Shown piece by piece: positions 52,741 to 62,886 of a stretch of DNA of 64,000 nucleotides; the first letter of the stretch is position 1; each line of letters starts with the position of its first letter. Source of the DNA: Nitrospirota bacterium (GTDB taxonomy: Bacteria > Nitrospirota > UBA9217); contig CAVUCU010000004.1 of assembly GCA_963740085.1 (NCBI GenBank), forward strand, positions 32,001 through 96,000. Direction: 5' to 3'. The position numbers were made by a program, and so were the translations under genes. The notes beneath the pieces were generated by a model. That model was given only the letters and a program-made list of their open reading frames with translations. It ran no database searches and had not been told where the DNA came from.

Positions 52741-54669
52741 ATGATTCTCGACAAAGTGAACAATGTTCAAGAACTAAGGACGCTGCCTCAGGCGGAACTG
52801 CCGGCGCTTGCCGAGGAAATCCGGCAGGAGATAATCGCGGTGGTGTCGAAGACCGGCGGTCACCTGGCCTCGAGCCTCGGGGTCGTGGACCTGACCATCG
52901 CCTTGCATTACGCCTTCGATACGCCGGATGACCGCATTGTCTGGGACGTGGGCCACCAGGCCTATGCGCATAAGATCCTTACCGGCAGACGGGATCGGTT
53001 CCCCTCACTCCGGCAGCACGGCGGGATCAGTGGTTTTCCGAAGCGCGAGGAAAGTTCTTACGACAATTTCGATGTCGGGCATGCAAGCACGTCCATATCC
53101 GCGGCCACCGGCATGATCGCAGCCAGAGACATCAAGGGCGAGAACTTCCGGGTGATCGCGGTTATTGGCGACGGGTCCATTTCAGCCGGGTTGGCATTCG
53201 AGGGAATGAACCAGGCGGGCCACCTGAAAAAAAACCTGATCGTCATCCTGAACGACAACGAGATGTCCATATCACCGAATGTCGGGGCACTCTCCTCTTA
53301 TCTCAGCAGAATGATGACCGGACATTTTTATACAAAGCTGCGGCAGGACGCCAAACACTTTTTGCAGGGCATCCCTCGGGTCGGTGAATCCATGTTCAAC
53401 CTGGCCAAGAGGGCCGAAGATTCCATCAAGGGTCTGATGGGACCGGGCATGCTGTTTGAAGACCTCGGTTTCCAGTATCTGGGGCCTCTTGACGGGCACA
53501 ATATCGACCAGCTCCTCCAGTCCTTTGAGAACATAAAGGATTATCCCTGGCCGGTGCTGGTCCACGTGATCACCCGGAAGGGGAAGGGTTGCGAGTTCGC
53601 GGAATGCAATCCGTCACAGTATCACGGCACACCGCCCTTCGATCCGGCGACGGGCAAGGTCGTATCAAAGAAACAACCCATCAAGAGCTACACCGAGGTG
53701 TTTGGCCAGACCATGATCAAGCTCGCCGAGGAGAACGACAAGATCGTCGCCATATCGGCGGCCATGTCCGAGGGTACCGGGCTCGACCTGTTTGCCGAAA
53801 AATTCCCCGAACGTTTTTTCGACGTGGGCATCGCCGAATCCCACGGCATCACCTTTGCGTGCGGCCTTGCGGTGGAAGGGATGCATCCGGTAGCGGCCAT
53901 TTATTCCACCTTTATGCAGCGCGCCTACGACCAGGTTGTGCACGATCTCTGTCTCCAGAACCTGCCGGTGACGCTCGCGCTTGACCGGGCTGGTCTCGTC
54001 GGAGAGGATGGACCGACACACCACGGTGTATTTGACATCGCATATCTTCGTCATGTCCCCAATATCGTCGTTATGGCGCCGAAGGATGAGAACGAACTGC
54101 AGCACATGATCAAGACCGCAATCGAATACGAGGGGCCCACGGCGGTTCGGTATCCTCGCGGCACCGGTAACGGCGTTCCCATGGACCAGGAACTAAAGAC
54201 TCTTGAGATCGGGAAAGCGGAGCTGATCAGGGAAGGGCGGGACGCCGCGATCATCGCCATCGGCACGATGGTCACCCCATCGATCGAAGCGGCCGAGAGA
54301 CTCTCCGCAGAGGGGATCTCCGTGGCGGTGATAAATGCGCGGTTCGTAAAACCGCTCGATAAAGACATGATCCTTTCCGTGGCGAAGAGAACAGGCCGGA
54401 TCGTAACGGTGGAGGAGCACGCGCTCCTGGGCGGTTTCGGCAGCGCCGTGCTCGAGTCTCTGGATGCACAAGGGGTGACGGGCATCAAAACCCACCGCAT
54501 CGGACTGCCGGACACGTATATCGAACACGGCCCGCAGGCCGTTCTCAGGCACAAATACGGCCTCGATGCGAGCGGTATCTTTTCTTCCGTCAAGGAGTTC
54601 GTTGAAAAGTCCCGTCCCAAAGCTGTTTCTCCTGTTACGCCGCTTCGGACAGTGGATGTGGAACGGTAA
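52741..54669 (+). CDS. dxs: 1-deoxy-D-xylulose-5-phosphate synthase
   Basis: [37 protein letters not shown]. Confidence 0.98.
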   Translation: MILDKVNNVQELRTLPQAELPALAEEIRQEIIAVVSKTGGHLASSLGVVDLTIALHYAFDTPDDRIVWDVGHQAYAHKILTGRRDRFPSLRQHGGISGFPKREESSYDNFDVGHASTSISAATGMIAARDIKGENFRVIAVIGDGSISAGLAFEGMNQAGHLKKNLIVILNDNEMSISPNVGALSSYLSRMMTGHFYTKLRQDAKHFLQGIPRVGESMFNLAKRAEDSIKGLMGPGMLFEDLGFQYLGPLDGHNIDQLLQSFENIKDYPWPVLVHVITRKGKGCEFAECNPSQYHGTPPFDPATGKVVSKKQPIKSYTEVFGQTMIKLAEENDKIVAISAAMSEGTGLDLFAEKFPERFFDVGIAESHGITFACGLAVEGMHPVAAIYSTFMQRAYDQVVHDLCLQNLPVTLALDRAGLVGEDGPTHHGVFDIAYLRHVPNIVVMAPKDENELQHMIKTAIEYEGPTAVRYPRGTGNGVPMDQELKTLEIGKAELIREGRDAAIIAIGTMVTPSIEAAERLSAEGISVAVINARFVKPLDKDMILSVAKRTGRIVTVEEHALLGGFGSAVLESLDAQGVTGIKTHRIGLPDTYIEHGPQAVLRHKYGLDASGIFSSVKEFVEKSRPKAVSPVTPLRTVDVER

Positions 54670-54756
54670 GGTGAGCGCAAAAAATTCCCGCGCCGTTTCT
54701 TTGTCGCTGCTCTTTTTTACGGCGAGCACGTTGCGGGAATCGCCGGTTAAAGACCG

Positions 54757-55095
54757 CTATGGTTTTTCATATCCATAGTTCCCTGTTCGAATTTCCGTGA
54801 CCCTGCCGTTTTTCAGGACAACAATTCGTATAAACTGGCTCGGCCCGAGATTATATGTCCATTCTTCGACCGTTACGAGTACCTTTTGTTTGGTGTCCGC
54901 ACTGAGTCTCTGGGACACTTCTTCCTGATGGGAATCCCGAAAGTCAGGGTCACCGCATTTTGCCACCACATCGGCGCTTCTGTCGTCAGTTGAAATGATT
55001 CCGCCTTGACAGCTGAAAGAATCGGCGTATGCGTCAAGCCAGAGAAGTGTAAGCGTCAGGGCAAAAAGAACGGAAAGAAAGCCTGCTTTTCTCAT
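54757..55095 (-). CDS. DUF2845-like exported protein
   Basis: Signal peptide; DSFSC...IIS.DD....V.AKCG.P, EEWTYN.GP. Confidence 0.75.
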   Translation of the reverse strand: MRKAGFLSVLFALTLTLLWLDAYADSFSCQGGIISTDDRSADVVAKCGDPDFRDSHQEEVSQRLSADTKQKVLVTVEEWTYNLGPSQFIRIVVLKNGRVTEIRTGNYGYEKP

Positions 55096-55257
55096 ATGCA
55101 CAACCTCCGTGCGCAACGTTGATGACATCTGTATCTGAAAGTAGTTTAGATCAATCCGGGAGAAACATCAATAAAAAACCGATTTCGCAACGGTTGTCCG
55201 TTGACAGCCTTATCCGCTTCTGACAGGCTCATGTCACGAAGCGTATGATGCGAACTT

Positions 55258-56030
55258 ATGTTTATCGCGATGAACAAGCAGGCAAATAAAAAAACAAGCA
55301 AGATACGCATCGATCGTCTGCTCGTTGAACGGGGACTGGTGGAAAGCCGTGAACGTGCCCAGTCGCTGATCATTGCCGGTCAGGTGCTGGTGAACGAACA
55401 GAAACAGGACAAGTCGGGAGCGATGGTTCCCGAAGGTGCAGAGATCCGCATCCTCGGTGGACAGCTTCCCTACGTGAGCCGGGGTGGACTGAAGCTTGAG
55501 TCAGCATTAAAAGAATTCAAGGTGTCCGTTTCAGGTAAGACAGCCCTCGATGTGGGAGCGTCGACCGGCGGCTTTACCGACTGCCTGCTCCAGCATGGAT
55601 GCAAAAAGGTCTATGCCGTGGACGTGGGCTACGGCCAGATGGCGTGGAAGCTCAGGCAAGATCCCCGCGTGGTCGTTATCGAGCGCACCAACATTCGCAC
55701 AATGGACCCGTCGCTCATCCCGGTGCCCGTCGATATCGTGGTGATCGATGCTTCGTTCATCTCCCTCGAAAAAATCATTCCTTCCGTTCTGCGGTTTGTC
55801 GGGCCAGAATCGGAACTGATAGCGCTCATCAAGCCTCAGTTCGAAGTCGGGAAGGGGCAGGTGGGGAAGGGGGGTATCGTGCGGGATGAGGGCATGAGGA
55901 TAGCTGTTGTCGAGAAGATCGGGCTTTTTTCCACGAAACAGGTCTCAAGGTCACCGGCGTGATCCAGTCGCCGATTACCGGACAGGATGGAAATGTGGAA
56001 TATCTTCTTCACGCGTTTAAGCGTGAATAA
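55258..56030 (+). CDS. tlyA: TlyA-family rRNA methyltransferase (frameshift near 55925)
   Basis: RIDRLLVERGL, YVSRGGLKL, DVGASTGGFTD, LIKPQFE; shifted frame supplies SPITGQDGNVEYL. Confidence 0.93.
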
Positions 56031-56035
56031 GATAT

Positions 56036-56497
56036 AGTTCGGAGCAATGAGTTCGGAGTTGGGAGTTAATATACAGGGTAGGGTGAAATGCGTGACGAGC
56101 TTTTTGATTTTGAAAACCTGAAGGTTTATCAACGAGCGTTGGAATATGTTGATTTTGTCTACAGGGTTACTAAAGCCTTTCCGAAAGAGGAACTATTTTC
56201 CCTTACCGATCAGTTCGGAAGAGCTGCGACATCTATATGCCTGAACATTGCAGAAGGCAGCGGCGGGAGCAAGCCGGAGATTCAATCAATATGTAAAAAT
56301 AGCACGAAGATCGACGAGAGAATGCGTTGCGATTAGTGAGATATCTTGCAGGCAATCCTATTTTGATGAAGAAACGAAAACACAATCGAGAATGTTCTGC
56401 ACAGAAATATCGAAAATGCTGAGCGGGCTTATGAAGTCACTTTGAAGGCAATTCGCTCCGAACTAATTACTCCGAACTCCCAACTCCTGACTCCCTA
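56036..56497. mobile_element. Cassette: heptamer inverted-repeat arms enclosing a four-helix-bundle gene
   Basis: 56036-56058 AGTTCGGAGCAATGAGTTCGGAG pairs with 56456-56478 CTCCGAACTAATTACTCCGAACT (21/23); mobility is inferred only. Confidence 0.55.
56088..56445 (+). CDS. Four helix bundle protein (23S rRNA IVP / Avd-like), frameshift near 56280
   Basis: FENLKVYQRA, FPKEELFSLTDQ..RAATSI.LNIAEG, then F.QY..IARRS..EC..EISKMLSGL in next frame. Confidence 0.9.
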
Positions 56498-56501
56498 CGC
56501 A

Positions 56502-57290
56502 TCACGCCGTTAAGCGGCCCGCGAACTCTTCCCCCAGAACCACGATCGACTCGATGTCCAGATAACGCGGCGCGGTCTTGTCCAGGAGCAGCCGGCATTG
56601 TGCGGGGAAATTATCATCAGGAACGGCATCATAGAACAGCAACAGCGCCGGATAGTGAGGGAAGAAACGGAATTCAAATGCAGCGTCGTGATTCCCTTGT
56701 ATCGTTGCTTCGTTACCACCGAACCTCAAGCATGCTTCTTTCAGCGCATCGACCTTTCCTGAAAAATGCCCGGCGATCACATCCTCAACATGGCCGGCCC
56801 AGGCCTTGTCCTTTGCGTGGGATGCAGGCACCGAGCCGAAGGTTATCCACTCTCCTGAAGGGGCCGGTGGATCAGGCATGCAAAGGTGGTTGGAGATCAG
56901 TATGGATATCCAGGGCCTCGGTTCCCTGCCTCCAGCGTCAATGATCTTCTCTTTCGTGATGAGATAATTCTCGTTCAGGAACCTGATCGCAAGCTCATCG
57001 TGACCAATGAGGGTGGCGCCGAACAGGGACGCAACTTTCTTGAAATCCAACGCACGGACCCTGGGTTGCAATGCTGCCAGTGCCTGCTCATACACGGTGC
57101 CCGGCGAGTCGCGTTGTCCAATGTCCGCCTCCCGGAGAGACACGCGCCCGGCCTCGGTCATCGAGGGGCACGCATCCGGCGATGCCTGGCCGGTTGCCAG
57201 CTTCGCGGCGAAACCGAAACAGCTTGGGAGTCCGCACCGGCCGCAATTGGTCTTCGGCAGGAGCCTGTAGATCTCGACCGCGGTCTTCAT
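56502..57290 (-). CDS. Fe-S domain plus DUF3786-like protein
   Basis: LPKTNCGRCGLPSCFGFA..CP motif; EWITF..VP, FP..P....YD...D.FPA. Confidence 0.8.
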   Translation of the reverse strand: MKTAVEIYRLLPKTNCGRCGLPSCFGFAAKLATGQASPDACPSMTEAGRVSLREADIGQRDSPGTVYEQALAALQPRVRALDFKKVASLFGATLIGHDELAIRFLNENYLITKEKIIDAGGREPRPWISILISNHLCMPDPPAPSGEWITFGSVPASHAKDKAWAGHVEDVIAGHFSGKVDALKEACLRFGGNEATIQGNHDAAFEFRFFPHYPALLLFYDAVPDDNFPAQCRLLLDKTAPRYLDIESIVVLGEEFAGRLTA

Positions 57291-57418
57291 GACGGTACCT
57301 TACTGCCTTTTGATCTTCCTGTCAAATGACCTGGATCATGCATCCTTCACTCTCTTGACTTCTTTCCTTTCCGTTGTTAGTATCCGTTATCCATCGTGCG
57401 CACCCAGGAGGGCCCTTC

Positions 57419-57844
57419 ATGGAATGGACGGAGAAGCTGGCGACCGGCATCAGCACGATCGACAGCCAGCACAAAGAGCTGTTCAAACGGATCAACAACC
57501 TCGTTAACGCCATCAAACAGCAGCGCTGCAAATCCGAGATCGACGGGACGATAAAGTTCCTTGATGATTACGCGCGGTTACACTTTTCCGAGGAGGAAAA
57601 ACATATGCGCGAGTCGAACTACGGGGGGCTGGAGGAGCAGCGGGAGGATCACAAAAAATATCTTGCCGCGCTTGCAGATCTGAAGGAACAGGCGTCGCTG
57701 CCACGGATACAGGGCGGCTCCTATGATCTTTCCGCCACCACGAACCAGGTGGTGGTGGACTGGATCGTCGACCATATCATGAAGGTGGACATGAGGTTCG
57801 GCGGAGTTCCTGAAAAGCGGGAAGAGTTCGGTAAAATGAGTTAG
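57419..57844 (+). CDS. Bacteriohemerythrin (probable extra base near the C-terminus)
   Basis: W.EKL.TG...ID.QHKEL, HFSEEE, W..DHI..VD; SD AGGAGG. Confidence 0.9.
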   Translation: MEWTEKLATGISTIDSQHKELFKRINNLVNAIKQQRCKSEIDGTIKFLDDYARLHFSEEEKHMRESNYGGLEEQREDHKKYLAALADLKEQASLPRIQGGSYDLSATTNQVVVDWIVDHIMKVDMRFGGVPEKREEFGKMS

Positions 57845-57893
57845 GAGCCGGAAATCAAATGATCTTCCGGATTTTAATCCAATACGCACTTGA

Positions 57894-60800
57894 TTAATGT
57901 CTGTCCAGTATTTCCCGGACCTTCTTTAAAAAATCCGAAGGGCTGATGGGTTTCATGACGAAATCGAGGCCGGCTTCGAGGATCCCTTTTCTGCTCACGG
58001 ATTCAGTCGTATATCCGCTCATGAACAGAACCTTGATATCCGGGCGGATCTTTTTTATCTCCAGATACGCTTCCTTCCCGTTCTTCTTCGGCATGATGAT
58101 ATCGAATACGAGGAGATCGATCCGATTCCTGTTGGCGAAGAACTTCTGCACGGCGTCCTCACCATCAGCGGTTTCAATAACCTGGTAGCCGGAGCCTTCC
58201 AACACATATCTGGCGAGGTCACGTACGGTTTTGTCGTCCTCCGCTAAAAGCACGGTCTCCGTTCCCCGAGTGATCTCGGCATGGGCAGGGGCCGGCTTGT
58301 CGACGGAAGCCGTGGCGAGCAAGGGCAGGTATATGTCAAACGTCGTCCCTTTTTCCGGTTCGCTGCAAACAGTGATATAACCATTGTGCTGCTTTATGAT
58401 GCCGTATACCATCGAGAGACCCAGTCCGGTGCCTTTCCCGACCTCCTTGGTCGTAAAAAATGGCTCGAAGACCCTGCATCTGATGTTCTCATCCATGCCG
58501 ATCCCGGTATCCGCTACCGACAGGCATGCGTACTTCCCTGGCCTCCCGAAGGAATTGATCCTGATAAAGTCCTCTCCCAGCGTAGCCTTTTTCGTTTCTA
58601 TCCGCAATAGCCCGCCGTTCGGCATGGCATCCCGCGCATTGGCGGCAAGGTTCATCAGGACCTGTTCGATGTGTATGCTGTCGGCCAAAACCGACAGATC
58701 TTCTTCTGCGAGCATGGTCTTGAATTCGATGTCCTCGCCGATGACCCTTTGCAGCAGATACCCCGCCCGCCCGATAATGCCGTTCAGGCCGGCCGGTTTC
58801 AGGTCAAGGATCTGCTTCCGGCTGAAGGCAAGGAGGCTCCGCGTCAGATGGGCTGCCCGTTCGGAAGAGGAGATGATCTGCTCCGCAAACAGATGTTCCT
58901 GGCTGCCTTCTTCCATCTTCATCAGGAGCAGATGGCTGTATCCGATGATCGCCGTCAGAATATTGTTGAAGTCATGGGCTATCCCGCCCGCAAGCTGACC
59001 CACAGCCTCCATCTTCTGCGCCTGGCGGAGCTGGTTTTCGAGGAGTTTCAACTGGGTGATGTCGGTTATCAGGCCGTCGTAGGCTATCAGGCGTCCTTCA
59101 TCGTCATATCGCGAGACCGGCGCGTTCCTGACCCAGCGGATGGAGCCGTCCTTGTGAACGATCCTGTGTTCAAAGGAGGATGCAGGCGCTCCTGAAAGGA
59201 TCTTGGCCGTCTTTGCGATAACAGCCTGTCTGTCCGCATCGAATATCATGCGATACCAAAGGCCGGGATCTGCCTGGTGTTCCGCCGAGGTGTAGCCGGT
59301 CACGTTAGCGCAGCCCGGGCCGTGATAGATTGAGATCGCATGCCCGTTTTCAACAATGACCGTATAGATGTAATCCGTTACCGACTCGACGAGATGCTTG
59401 TAGCGTTTTTCACTGTCCGACAGGGCACTGAGCGTTTCCTTCCGGGATTCTTCAACGCCGATAGCGGACGCGACGATCCCCAGGAACTTCAGCTCATCTT
59501 CGGCAAGCAGTGGATCAATTTGATAAACCACGCAGAGTGAACCGACGAAGACGCCGCCGAAGGACACGGCCTTGCCAATATAGGTCTGTAATCCGTAGCG
59601 ACCCACGTTCGGATCTGTTTGTGCGTAGGGAGTTGCCGGAAGGTCCCGGATCACGCAAACATCCTCCGCTCCCTTTTTGATAACATCGTAGCAAATATGG
59701 CCGTCGGGCTTATCTCTGGGTTCAAAGTCCGGCGGCGTGTTCCATTGTCCCAGCGCGTACAGGGTGTTCCCTTCCAGACGATTGTAAAGCGCGCAGGTTG
59801 CATCCAGCTGTTCCCCGCATAAGGCAACGAGACGATTGATGTTCACATCCGGGTCGGGTCCGAAACTTAAGAGACACTCGTTCAACATTGACAGCCGCTT
59901 TTCCGATTGTTTGCGCGCGGTGACATCCTGAACAGCTGAGATCATCATGTCCTGCTCGGATAAGGGAATATTGAAGGCAGTGACGAGCTTCTTTTTCCCC
60001 GTCATGGTCGTTATTTCTATGTTTTCCCATCGCATCCTTGACGGATCACCGCTGGAAATATCGGACAAGATCCTGTCTCTTATCTCTGTTCTGTAAGCAG
60101 GGTCCGGATATACATGATTGAAAAATTCTTCCACATTCACAAGAACATTTTTGGGCCAGCCGTATATTTCTTCGAAGGCGGTGTTCATGTAGATTGTTTT
60201 GCCGTCTGTGATGCTGTGCACTGCAAGCCCGATCGGAAGATTGATCATGACCGCTTCAATGAACGCATTGCGCTTGGTAAGGTCAATTTCCATCTTCTTT
60301 CTCAGAGATATGTCCCTGACCAGCTCGATCCCTGCCACGATCTTGCCGGTTTCGTCCCTGAGAGGAGATGCGGTTATTTGAAGATAGCGCGTTCCCTGAT
60401 CGCTCAAATGGGTCCGTTCGGCTGAATGAATCCTTCCGTCCTGAAAGGTTTCTTCCAGGATGCAAGATGGGCACACGGAGTCGCGGTGCTGATATGCCTG
60501 GTAACAATATTCTCCAATATGGTTGCCATATATGTCCTTGTGGACCTGGTTCTCGTAGATTATCTTGAAGGACGTGTCACAGATGGTGAGTCCTTCGCCG
60601 ATCGCCGCGAGAATAGCCTGTGATCTGTTCCTTTCGTTGATCAGTGCGATCTCGGTATTCTTCTTCGCCGTAATATCCTGGCCGATGCTTGTCGTTGCGA
60701 TGACGTTCCCCTCAGAACCGTGGAGAACGGTGTTGCTCCAGGCGATGGTTCGGCGTTCCCCTGATCTCGTGATGATCTCGTTCTCAAACTGCCTGGGGAA

Positions 60801-62423
60801 TTCCGCAGTCAGGACCGTATTGAGAAAGACGTCCTTGACACGATCCCGAACCCCCTCGGGAAGAAAGTATGCGAACCAGTCCTGACCCAGTACCTCATCT
60901 CTGCGCCAGCCGGTCAGCTCAAGCAGAAAGTCATTGCAGAAAATGATGGTCCCGTTCAAATCCAGGTTAACGGCCAGCAGCTGGACGCCCTGAAGCATCT
61001 CGTGATAGCGTTGCTCCGAATCACGCAAAATCCTTGCCGCCAGCTTGCGTTCGGTGATGTCCCGGATGATGCTCTGGAAGAAACTCTTCCCCTTGACCTC
61101 GATGACGCGGGAACTGACCTCAACGGGAAATGTCGAGCCGTCTTTTCGCCTGTGCTCGGTCTCAAAAATAAAACCGTCATGGTCGCGTATCTGCTGCATC
61201 TGCGCGCTAACTTCGTCGACCGATTCGACGGACCGGAGGTCCCTGATGGAAAGGCGCAGCAGTTCATTGCGCGAATAGCCGTATACCCGAAGCGCACGAT
61301 CATTGGCCTGCAAGATCTTTCCTCCGGGTTCGATGAGCATGATAATATCGTTCGCATACCTGCTCAGATAGTCATATTGGCGTGTCAGGAGATCATGCTC
61401 GATCTCAGCCTGGTATTGCAAACGATCGTTCTCTGCTTTTTTTTGCCTCCACCAGAAGCTTATGATCAGTCCCATAGCAGAGATAAGCATGATCGTCACA
61501 AAGGACATGAGCCGGCCCTGTGCGCGGACGGGTGCGTAAATTTCCTCGATATCCATCTTGGAGACCAGAAACCAGGGAGTATCGGGAATTGCCCGCGTCG
61601 ATGCAAGGACCGGTACCGAACGGTAATCGATGCCTTCGAACGTGCCCTGGAGTCCTTGCAATGCCAAGGCCGCGGGCAAGCGCTCGTTGCCCAGCGGGAT
61701 GCGCAGGGTGAGGGCGGTATTTTTTTTGTGGCGGAGCTCGTTCAGAAAGAGGACATTGTCTCCCTCCTTGCGGATGAGCAGCGTCTCAGCGCTCCTGCTT
61801 GTCCCGGGCCATGTCCTGAGCAGCGGGTAGAGGAATTCCTCCGGATTGAGCCGGATGAAAATAGCGCCGAGCGGAATGGCCTTATTTCCTTCATGCATGA
61901 TGAGCGGTGAGGCAATATCGAGGTGAGGAAGCGTATAGCCCGAGCCCTTATGAAAATCGGACATCATCACCTTTTGAGATCGCAGTGCTTCTTGTACCAA
62001 CGTTGCAGCACGAATGCCGATCGTTGTATCCTTGGGCGAGGTGGCCAGCAGTACTGCTCCCCGGGGGTCAACAAGGAGGATGTCTTTGTAGTTAGGGTTC
62101 TGCTCGAATGATTTCATCCACTGAACGATCTCGCGCCGGGCGAAGGATGATCCAGGGTGTTGCAGCAGCCGCTGGACCGCTGATACGATGATGGCATTAT
62201 GGGCAATCGAGTTTGCATCATAGATGCGTTCATTGCGCCAGTTGGCGATCTGATTGACCTTCAGATCCGCGATGGCCGAGAGCTCGTCCTGGATGTTCTT
62301 TTTGATCTGCTGTTTTTGAAAATCGTAGTAGACGTACCCGGCAATCCCAATGCAGAGCGCCAGGATGAGGAAAAGGATGAAAAGTCGAGACTGTGTATGT
62401 CCGAAGTCAGGACGCAGTGACAT
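57894..62423 (-). CDS. Hybrid sensor histidine kinase (TM-Cache-TM, 5 PAS, GAF, HisKA, HATPase, REC)
   Basis: AGGIAHDFNN H-box, NL..NARDAM, DTG.G, FEPFFTTK..GKGTGLGL, receiver DIIMP. Confidence 0.95.
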   Translation of the reverse strand: MSLRPDFGHTQSRLFILFLILALCIGIAGYVYYDFQKQQIKKNIQDELSAIADLKVNQIANWRNERIYDANSIAHNAIIVSAVQRLLQHPGSSFARREIVQWMKSFEQNPNYKDILLVDPRGAVLLATSPKDTTIGIRAATLVQEALRSQKVMMSDFHKGSGYTLPHLDIASPLIMHEGNKAIPLGAIFIRLNPEEFLYPLLRTWPGTSRSAETLLIRKEGDNVLFLNELRHKKNTALTLRIPLGNERLPAALALQGLQGTFEGIDYRSVPVLASTRAIPDTPWFLVSKMDIEEIYAPVRAQGRLMSFVTIMLISAMGLIISFWWRQKKAENDRLQYQAEIEHDLLTRQYDYLSRYANDIIMLIEPGGKILQANDRALRVYGYSRNELLRLSIRDLRSVESVDEVSAQMQQIRDHDGFIFETEHRRKDGSTFPVEVSSRVIEVKGKSFFQSIIRDITERKLAARILRDSEQRYHEMLQGVQLLAVNLDLNGTIIFCNDFLLELTGWRRDEVLGQDWFAYFLPEGVRDRVKDVFLNTVLTAEFPRQFENEIITRSGERRTIAWSNTVLHGSEGNVIATTSIGQDITAKKNTEIALINERNRSQAILAAIGEGLTICDTSFKIIYENQVHKDIYGNHIGEYCYQAYQHRDSVCPSCILEETFQDGRIHSAERTHLSDQGTRYLQITASPLRDETGKIVAGIELVRDISLRKKMEIDLTKRNAFIEAVMINLPIGLAVHSITDGKTIYMNTAFEEIYGWPKNVLVNVEEFFNHVYPDPAYRTEIRDRILSDISSGDPSRMRWENIEITTMTGKKKLVTAFNIPLSEQDMMISAVQDVTARKQSEKRLSMLNECLLSFGPDPDVNINRLVALCGEQLDATCALYNRLEGNTLYALGQWNTPPDFEPRDKPDGHICYDVIKKGAEDVCVIRDLPATPYAQTDPNVGRYGLQTYIGKAVSFGGVFVGSLCVVYQIDPLLAEDELKFLGIVASAIGVEESRKETLSALSDSEKRYKHLVESVTDYIYTVIVENGHAISIYHGPGCANVTGYTSAEHQADPGLWYRMIFDADRQAVIAKTAKILSGAPASSFEHRIVHKDGSIRWVRNAPVSRYDDEGRLIAYDGLITDITQLKLLENQLRQAQKMEAVGQLAGGIAHDFNNILTAIIGYSHLLLMKMEEGSQEHLFAEQIISSSERAAHLTRSLLAFSRKQILDLKPAGLNGIIGRAGYLLQRVIGEDIEFKTMLAEEDLSVLADSIHIEQVLMNLAANARDAMPNGGLLRIETKKATLGEDFIRINSFGRPGKYACLSVADTGIGMDENIRCRVFEPFFTTKEVGKGTGLGLSMVYGIIKQHNGYITVCSEPEKGTTFDIYLPLLATASVDKPAPAHAEITRGTETVLLAEDDKTVRDLARYVLEGSGYQVIETADGEDAVQKFFANRNRIDLLVFDIIMPKKNGKEAYLEIKKIRPDIKVLFMSGYTTESVSRKGILEAGLDFVMKPISPSDFLKKVREILDRH

Positions 62424-62886
62424 GAAGGGGCGCCTCTTTTCGTCGTAAGTGTTCGATATCGAAGAGTATTGGTACTACAACGATGGCCTGGAATGATCGA
62501 AATGCACGACACGAATTCGCTCACCATACCCAACGCGTCGTCATCCTGAAGGTTTTAATCAGAAATCAGGCGGTCTTCAACTGCCCTGTACCCCGGGTCG
62601 GGACGTTCGGGGACAACGGATAGTGGTTGCGGAATGGTCATGGTCATTGATGAACCGATTTTATCAGACAGTGTTCGTTTTGTCAATGAAGCCATACCCT
62701 TATAGATATCAACCCGCTCAGGGTGATCGAGCTCAGAATGCCCTTGATGCTGCAACCGCCGCAATGAGCCAAACAGGACACGATCATGCTTCTCAAAGAC
62801 ACTTTTCGTTTGATTTTATCCCGCCGTGATGTTATTATTTTCGGCACTGCTCAAAAAGAGCAGAATGTCACGAGGTTGCCGACAAA

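Noticed and set aside
56088-56445. Diversity-generating retroelement (Avd-like gene)
   Set aside because: No reverse transcriptase and no TR/VR pair with adenine-specific mismatches in the window
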